DNA of 20,000 nt, from IMG/VR virus record IMGVR_UViG_3300049846_000869. One strand, 5' to 3'. The position numbers and the translations under genes were made by a program. Within the stretch, counting starts at the first letter, position 1; every line of letters begins with the position of its first letter. Origin of the DNA: an uncultured virus (IMG/VR IMGVR_UViG_3300049846_000869). Lineage: Duplodnaviria; Heunggongvirae; Uroviricota; Caudoviricetes. Below the pieces are notes generated by a model. It did no database searches and was not told the DNA's origin. It saw only the letters and a list, made by a program, of their open reading frames with translations. This document shows, piece after piece, positions 15,196 through 20,000 of the stretch.

Positions 15196-15399
15196 ATGAA
15201 ACTGAAGATGCTGATTGAAGAAGAGAACCCTCCGTTCATCTTCTTGAAAGGGAACCTCTCCGAAGGGTTCGAGGCTTACGGCCCGTACCGGAACTTCGAT
15301 GAGGCTTCAGCCGCACATGAATTCGAAGAAGGCTGGGTGATGGTACTGGATGTTTCCGGGACTTTCAAGATGGCCAAACCTTCTGACTACACGCTTTAA
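15196..15399 (+). CDS. Hypothetical protein (start MKLKMLIEE)
   Basis: AAGGAG SD after the promoter. Confidence 0.75.
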   Translation: MKLKMLIEEENPPFIFLKGNLSEGFEAYGPYRNFDEASAAHEFEEGWVMVLDVSGTFKMAKPSDYTL

Positions 15400-15410
15400 A
15401 GAGAACCGAA

Positions 15411-15842
15411 ATGCTTGCTACTGCTATTAGAATCGCCTCCCAAGTCCACGAACACCAGAAAGACAAAGGTGGGAACGCTTACATCCTACATCCGATGAGG
15501 GTGATGATGAGGCTCAGGACTTCAGACGAGGAATTGATGGCCATTGCTATCCTCCATGATGTGGTCGAGGACTCTTCTTGGACTCCTGAGATGCTCAAGG
15601 ATGCTGGTATGTCGGACAGGGTGATTACTGCCCTAGGGTTCCTTACCAAACTTCCTACGGACACTTACGAGATGTACATCCAGAGGATGGTGTTCAACAG
15701 GGACGCCATGCTGGTTAAACTTCAGGACTTGAAGGATAACTCGGATATCAGTAGAATGAAGGGTCTGAGAGATAAAGATTTCGAAAGGCTGGTTAAGTAT
15801 AACAAGGCTTATGCCTTTCTTGAAGGAAAGTTAAAGGAGTAA
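15411..15842 (+). CDS. HD-domain RelA/SpoT-like small alarmone hydrolase (Mesh1-like)
   Basis: H..Q.DKGG..YILHP, AILHDVVED and VKLQDLKDN motifs of stand-alone RSH hydrolase domains. Confidence 0.88.
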   Translation: MLATAIRIASQVHEHQKDKGGNAYILHPMRVMMRLRTSDEELMAIAILHDVVEDSSWTPEMLKDAGMSDRVITALGFLTKLPTDTYEMYIQRMVFNRDAMLVKLQDLKDNSDISRMKGLRDKDFERLVKYNKAYAFLEGKLKE

Positions 15843-15845
15843 TGT

Positions 15846-16190
15846 ATGGACTTCGAACAGTTTTCAGAAATTGCTGGTCATTCTGACCGAGTGCTGGTAG
15901 ATGGTTATGAATACGACCATATGCGTTTCACCGCCGAGGGTATTATCTTCGAGGATACCGGCGATGAAAAGAATGCTTTGAAGTTCGACAGGCTTAATTT
16001 CGAACAGGCTCGCCCTTTCGGTGATGAAATCGAAGTGGATGATGACAACGGGTACATCCGTCGCATCAAGTGTTTGAAGATTAAGGCTCCCGAGGTCAAC
16101 AAGGATGACCGTTTCTCCAATGGAATCATCGAGTTAGATGAAGATGACCCGTCCGAGCAGTTATACGGAAAAAAGACTGAAAACGCTTAA
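15846..16190 (+). CDS. Acidic hypothetical protein
   Basis: AAGGAG SD. Confidence 0.75.
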   Translation: MDFEQFSEIAGHSDRVLVDGYEYDHMRFTAEGIIFEDTGDEKNALKFDRLNFEQARPFGDEIEVDDDNGYIRRIKCLKIKAPEVNKDDRFSNGIIELDEDDPSEQLYGKKTENA

Positions 16191-16198
16191 TTAAAGTA

Positions 16199-16226
16199 TT
16201 GACAGGGGCATTAGATTTGGTATAAT
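16199..16226 (+). promoter_or_regulatory. Strong sigma70-type promoter
   Basis: TTGACA-N16-TATAAT with TGn extension. Confidence 0.8.
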
Positions 16227-16323
16227 ACCCCTCGTTGATTAAGAAAAGACTGGTTACGGTTCTACGGCGTAACAAAGTTTCTGGGTAGACTGTAGAATAT
16301 CAAACAACAAAGAGGTAAATGAT

Positions 16324-16500
16324 ATGCGTACTATTCGAATTGGAACCAAGACCCCGGCTGCTAATACTGCTGTTCGAGTGAAGTTGGATAACGGCAAGAC
16401 CGTTGCTGCCACCTTCAACGGCACGGCTTTCGTTGGTGCCGATGGCGCTCCGGTTGCCGGTGCCGTCGCCTATTTCATTCCGCGCAAGACCGCTAACTAA
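16324..16500 (+). CDS. 58-aa Ala/Thr/Gly-rich protein (MRTIRIGTKTP...), not in track
   Basis: GAGGT SD; own promoter and terminator. Confidence 0.8.
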   Translation: MRTIRIGTKTPAANTAVRVKLDNGKTVAATFNGTAFVGADGAPVAGAVAYFIPRKTAN

Positions 16501-16521
16501 GCGTTCTTCCGGTTGAGATAA

Positions 16522-16554
16522 AGAAAGGCCGCTAACTGCGGCCTTTCTGCTTTT
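16522..16554 (+). terminator. Intrinsic terminator
   Basis: AGAAAGGCCGC TAACT GCGGCCTTTCT GCTTTT. Confidence 0.8.
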
Positions 16555-16568
16555 CTAAATACCCATAT

Positions 16569-16644
16569 GCTGGTGTAACTCAGTTGGTAGAGTAGCTGTT
16601 TCGTAAACAGCAAGTCGGGAGTTCGAACCTCTCCACCAGCACCA
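16569..16644 (+). tRNA. trnT: tRNA-Thr (CGT)
   Basis: 76 nt; acceptor GCTGGTG/CACCAGC, anticodon arm GCTGT-TTCGTAA-ACAGC, TTCGAAC T-loop, CCA; TAAATA at 16556 upstream. Confidence 0.97.
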
Positions 16645-16684
16645 TAATTATAACCCTCTAGGACTAAATACAATGACCTAGGAG

Positions 16685-17179
16685 ATGACGATGAAGATTA
16701 GGCAGATAGACACGAACCCCGTAGCCAAACACGCCCATAAGTTCAATAAGGCGGCTGTCATGGCCGACAAGAAGAAGGCTATGAAGCACGGGAAGCAGAA
16801 GCACAAGAAGAAAGACCTCCAGATGGCTATGGAGAGCGATTCCACGGCGACCGACGCTCTGGAATCCCTTTTCGAGTCTGAGGCTGGGAAGGTCTGGACT
16901 GTCGAGGAAATCCGTGCTAAGATTCAGGAAGATGACAAGTGGTTGATTCGCGCCATGCAAGCAATCTACCAGCGTCAGACAGAAACCGAGAGAGCCAACA
17001 GGAATACCAAGGTTCTCAACAATATCGGCTTCAACGCAATGGACGCAGACTTCTTGAGTGGGATGGTAGCCTTCTACAAAGACAGAGGCTTCTTCACTCC
17101 TAAGCAGATTCAGGTCATCAGACGCAAGATGATTAAGTACGCAGGACAGTTGACCAAGATAGCCAACAGGAAGATTTAA
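16685..17179 (+). CDS. Phage protein with a basic N-terminus and IY..QT..E....T...N..GF...DA pattern
   Basis: TAAATA at 16665; AGGAG SD favours ATG 16691 (MKIRQI). Confidence 0.8.
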   Translation: MTMKIRQIDTNPVAKHAHKFNKAAVMADKKKAMKHGKQKHKKKDLQMAMESDSTATDALESLFESEAGKVWTVEEIRAKIQEDDKWLIRAMQAIYQRQTETERANRNTKVLNNIGFNAMDADFLSGMVAFYKDRGFFTPKQIQVIRRKMIKYAGQLTKIANRKI

Positions 17180-17382
17180 TGAACCTAGAGGACGAGTTCC
17201 CAGATGACATTGAGACCCTTCAGGGCCAATCGTATGTCGTTAATGGGAAGGAAGCTGAAGTGTTGATGGTCCTAGGTGGACCGCTCGAAGTGTTTTGTTT
17301 GATGCGTTGGAGAGATACTGGTAAGCTGTTTCAGGAATCTGCTCCTGAAGTCATCCATAAGCTCTTAAATAGCCAACTCTAA
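17179..17382 (+). CDS. Hypothetical protein
   Basis: TAATG coupling; AGGA SD. Confidence 0.7.
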   Translation: MNLEDEFPDDIETLQGQSYVVNGKEAEVLMVLGGPLEVFCLMRWRDTGKLFQESAPEVIHKLLNSQL

Positions 17383-17410
17383 CCCTAGGTTACGCTAGCG
17401 TTAGGGTTTA
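17364..17410 (+). repeat. TAAATA-N18-TTACGCKAGCGTTAGG element, copy 3
   Basis: TAAATA at 17366, TTACG at 17390; 21-nt identity TTACGCTAGCGTTAGGGTTTA with copy 2. Confidence 0.8.
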
Positions 17411-17628
17411 CTAACCTTAAGCCTAAGCTTAGACTTACCATTACCAAACGATACGGAGACCTTACCATTGCGAATGATAAGCGTTCCCAATACCTCGTCA
17501 TATTCATTAACCACATCCATAGAAATATTATTGGAATTCACCCCTGCTAAAGAAAGCATGGTTTCTAATTCCGTTCCATTAATTCCAAACAACTGAAGAA
17601 TGTTCTCGGATTTCATAGGATGTACCAA
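17401..17628 (-). CDS. Hypothetical late protein (start uncertain, possibly MKSENIL)
   Basis: TAAATA (17641-17646, minus) and GAGGT upstream. Confidence 0.6.
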   Translation of the reverse strand: MVHPMKSENILQLFGINGTELETMLSLAGVNSNNISMDVVNEYDEVLGTLIIRNGKVSVSFGNGKSKLRLKVSKP

Positions 17629-17653
17629 CTGGTGTACCTCTATTTAGGGCAAT

Positions 17654-17682
17654 AAAAAAGCGGGGAGTTTGACCTCCCCGCT
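17654..17682 (-). terminator. Intrinsic terminator
   Basis: Minus strand AGCGGGGAG GTCAAA CTCCCCGCT TTTTT after 17688-17906. Confidence 0.85.
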
Positions 17683-17687
17683 GTTAG

Positions 17688-17906
17688 TTACGCCGAAGCA
17701 GGAACTTCGACACCATATTCATCAAGGATGAAAACATCAGGACTATTCATAGTCTTGACATACTCCAAGTGAACTTCCATCAGGGAAACGACCTTATCGA
17801 AATCCCACGGGTCGCTGACCTGTAGGTTAGGGTCAAAGCGATGAACCGACCCATTCGAGAAGAGCGTGAACACCTTTCGAACATACTGACGCTTCTGGTA
17901 GGCCAT
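17688..17906 (-). CDS. Hypothetical protein
   Basis: AAGGAG SD; followed by a terminator. Confidence 0.8.
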   Translation of the reverse strand: MAYQKRQYVRKVFTLFSNGSVHRFDPNLQVSDPWDFDKVVSLMEVHLEYVKTMNSPDVFILDEYGVEVPASA

Positions 17907-17929
17907 GTGGCACTCCTTCTGTCAGGTTA

Positions 17930-18574
17930 TTACACACCGGATGCTTTCGCACCGGCACCTTTATCAGCCTTATCTTTGTAGAAGATATGGCTGCTAATCT
18001 TTGCGACCATCACCTTAGTTGCCGCCCATGCTGGTTGAACATAGTCAGCGTGGTAATAGAGCGCGTCCTTAACCATTGTATCAGACTTGTACTTGCCTAG
18101 CAAGACACCTTCGGCAACATCGCGGGCCTTACGCCACGCCTTGCGTTCTCCGTCGTCTGCTAGGTTTGGTTCATCACCTAGGCCATCACAGTACCACGAA
18201 AACTGACACTTGTTAAGCACTATATTCCCAGCATCATCGCGTTCGGCTTGGTACACGACTTCACAGATGCTCGAAGGGTAACCTTCTGCCGACGCTCTGT
18301 TGAGTGTAACTGTCGCTACGGCAATCATACCTTCTAACGACTGGTTACGAGCCTCCCAGTAGATGTTCTTATGTAGGCAATCCAACTCGGTTGTGTTGAC
18401 TGTAATCGTCTCAGAAGGTGCTACAGGCTGTTTAGGCTTGACTACCTTGTACTGAACGGTGGTCAACATCACTTGGTCGGAGACTGGTGCAATCTCAGAG
18501 AACACGGCACAAGCGGCCAATGACGCTGCGGCAACAGTCGCAATTCCTACAAGCAAAATTTTCTCTATCTTCAT
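17930..18574 (-). CDS. SleB-like cell wall hydrolase (Hydrolase_2 family)
   Basis: CL..NIYWEARNQ...G..AVA.V.LNR, ICEVVYQ, CQFSWYCDG, ALYYHADYVQPAW, HIFY; N-terminal signal/lipoprotein-like segment; GGAGG SD. Confidence 0.92.
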   Translation of the reverse strand: MKIEKILLVGIATVAAASLAACAVFSEIAPVSDQVMLTTVQYKVVKPKQPVAPSETITVNTTELDCLHKNIYWEARNQSLEGMIAVATVTLNRASAEGYPSSICEVVYQAERDDAGNIVLNKCQFSWYCDGLGDEPNLADDGERKAWRKARDVAEGVLLGKYKSDTMVKDALYYHADYVQPAWAATKVMVAKISSHIFYKDKADKGAGAKASGV

Positions 18575-18657
18575 ACAAACCTCCCTAGGTTTTGTTATGC
18601 GACATGAGTTCCATCATGTCGTAGTTCTCCCCCTCGGGGAAGTCTGTTACATCATGT

Positions 18658-18909
18658 TTATTTGCCACCCGTAGCAACAAGGCTTCGAATAGTGAACACG
18701 ATGAAAAGCATAGCCCACATATTTACCCAAGTGAAGGATAACCATGCGGTAGGTAAGAAAGTGAAATATGTTGGAGCAACAGCGTTCCACATGAGATACA
18801 TGGGAATGGCTAATGTAGCAGTAACGATTAGATGAATCACGGGCGCAAATGCCCAACCGAGTATGGCTAGGAATGCGACTTCAACAGATGATTCTTTTTC
18901 TTTATACAT
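18658..18909 (-). CDS. Membrane protein
   Basis: GGAG SD; hydrophobic; promoter upstream. Confidence 0.75.
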   Translation of the reverse strand: MYKEKESSVEVAFLAILGWAFAPVIHLIVTATLAIPMYLMWNAVAPTYFTFLPTAWLSFTWVNMWAMLFIVFTIRSLVATGGK

Positions 18910-18929
18910 TAGTTTCTCCAGAATAAGGA

Positions 18930-18958
18930 AGTGTACCCGAATATGGGCGAGAAGTCAA
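18930..18958 (-). promoter_or_regulatory. Sigma70-type promoter
   Basis: TTGACT-N17-TACACT on the minus strand. Confidence 0.7.
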
Positions 18959-19094
18959 CCCTTATGACATGCGTAGGTCGCCGGGTTGATAATAGCGAAA
19001 GTGTCCGCAGATGGAACATTCATACCTACTACCGTATTTAGTGGCCCCAAGAAAAATATATTCGTGTTTTTCGCACTTATAATTTTCTACGGGC

Positions 19095-19511
19095 TTATTT
19101 TCGTTCGTAGGGCAATCCACAATGGATGCAGTATTCAGAGTTTTCTTGATAGTCATATTCGCAAAATTTGGTTGGTGAGGTTTCGCAAGCCCAGCCAACT
19201 TTCGGACTAAATTCGATGGCATCGAACTCATCATCACGAATTCTGCTAAGGCAGCGTTCGAAATAAAAACATTTGGCATCTGCAATTAGATGCAAGAACT
19301 TAGTTTGGACTTCAGGAGTGAGATTTGCATAAATCTCATCAATCAAAGTCTGGTCAGTATGTCTGATATCTTCATTGAAGAAATCATAGAAGCATCGAGC
19401 AGAATGCGCCCAGCCGGAATTCTTAAAAATACAATCATTACCCCAACGCAGAACATCAGCAATCAAATGCTGACGCTCTGTTGGAGACATGATGTGTGTT
19501 TGATTAGCCAT
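19095..19511 (-). CDS. Hypothetical protein with C-terminal Cys cluster (C..SPT..C.Y......CIHCG.P.ERK)
   Basis: In operon; overlaps the upstream stop; Zn-ribbon-like tail. Confidence 0.75.
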   Translation of the reverse strand: MANQTHIMSPTERQHLIADVLRWGNDCIFKNSGWAHSARCFYDFFNEDIRHTDQTLIDEIYANLTPEVQTKFLHLIADAKCFYFERCLSRIRDDEFDAIEFSPKVGWACETSPTKFCEYDYQENSEYCIHCGLPYERK

Positions 19512-19896
19512 ATGGTTCTGTAGTACGAGTCAAACCAAGAGAAGCCAGTTCAGCATCCGACAAAGTGCTTACGACCTTACGGAGAGCAGCGGCATCCTTG
19601 GCCGACTTTTCAGCAGCGGCGAGTAGCCTACGCTCTGCTTCAGCCTTTTCCTTAGCCTTACGAGCAGCATCCTCTTTCTGGTGGCGCTTCCACCAAGTAA
19701 CGGCTTCCTTCTTGGTGATGCCGAGTTCCTTCCAGTCAACATTGTTGAGGAAGGAATCGAGAGGATTAGGATTGCCCTCATACATCTTGGCGATGAAATT
19801 CAGAGTAGCACAAGCGATGCCCTTAGTGATTCGAGCGTCATTGCGCTCTTGAATCTCTTGGGGCGAAGGGCCGGGGTCATGAGTAACGCAAGGCAT
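19504..19896 (-). CDS. Hypothetical phage protein (MPC...C...WW..H...D..R pattern)
   Basis: GGAG SD; ATG 2 nt after the upstream stop. Confidence 0.8.
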   Translation of the reverse strand: MPCVTHDPGPSPQEIQERNDARITKGIACATLNFIAKMYEGNPNPLDSFLNNVDWKELGITKKEAVTWWKRHQKEDAARKAKEKAEAERRLLAAAEKSAKDAAALRKVVSTLSDAELASLGLTRTTEPYG

Positions 19897-19898
19897 GG

Positions 19899-20000
19899 TC
19901 AATCTCCAGTTAGGTCTTTACCATTTGGGTCGTAGACAGTATAACAATGCTCCTTGAGCAAGTCAATAGCATTCTGGATTTCTTCTGCTTCTTGTTCTTC
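19899..20000 (-). CDS. 3' end of a gene running in from beyond the window
   Basis: Open frame EEQEAEEIQNAIDLLKEHCYTVYDPNGKDLTGD* abutting the next gene. Confidence 0.6.
   Translation of the reverse strand, partial: EEQEAEEIQNAIDLLKEHCYTVYDPNGKDLTGD

Noticed and set aside
18962..19285. 107-aa minus-strand ORF with a C..H...CSICG tail
   Set aside because: Overlaps 19095-19511 by 190 nt in another frame; the last ~40 aa look like a real Zn ribbon but I cannot identify a convincing start, so it is left uncalled
1..20000. Stop-codon reassignment as in some large phages
   Set aside because: Genes tile densely under the standard code, TAA, TGA and TAG all end ORFs, and no suppressor tRNA is present

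Overview
The window looks like a large lytic dsDNA bacteriophage (jumbo or T4-like superfamily). It has densely packed short ORFs with overlapping stop/start codons, sigma70-type early promoters, T4-type late promoter motifs (TAAATA), two tRNA genes (Leu-CAA, Thr-CGT), an HD-domain (p)ppGpp-hydrolase-like gene and a SleB-type cell wall hydrolase. Standout observations: (1) three tandem T7 gp0.7-like protein kinase paralogs with late-promoter motifs and a shared MKIxEIL-type N-terminus; (2) a ~1.1 kb non-coding region at the strand switch, with a helically phased DnaA-box array and AT-rich tracts; (3) two promoter-driven, highly base-paired non-coding regions (8929-9258, with two related tRNA-like units; 13806-14285, with a pseudoknot) that I cannot assign to a known RNA family; (4) a thrice-repeated TAAATA + palindrome element with exact spacing. 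All calls come from reading the sequence by eye; no searches or folding programs were run.
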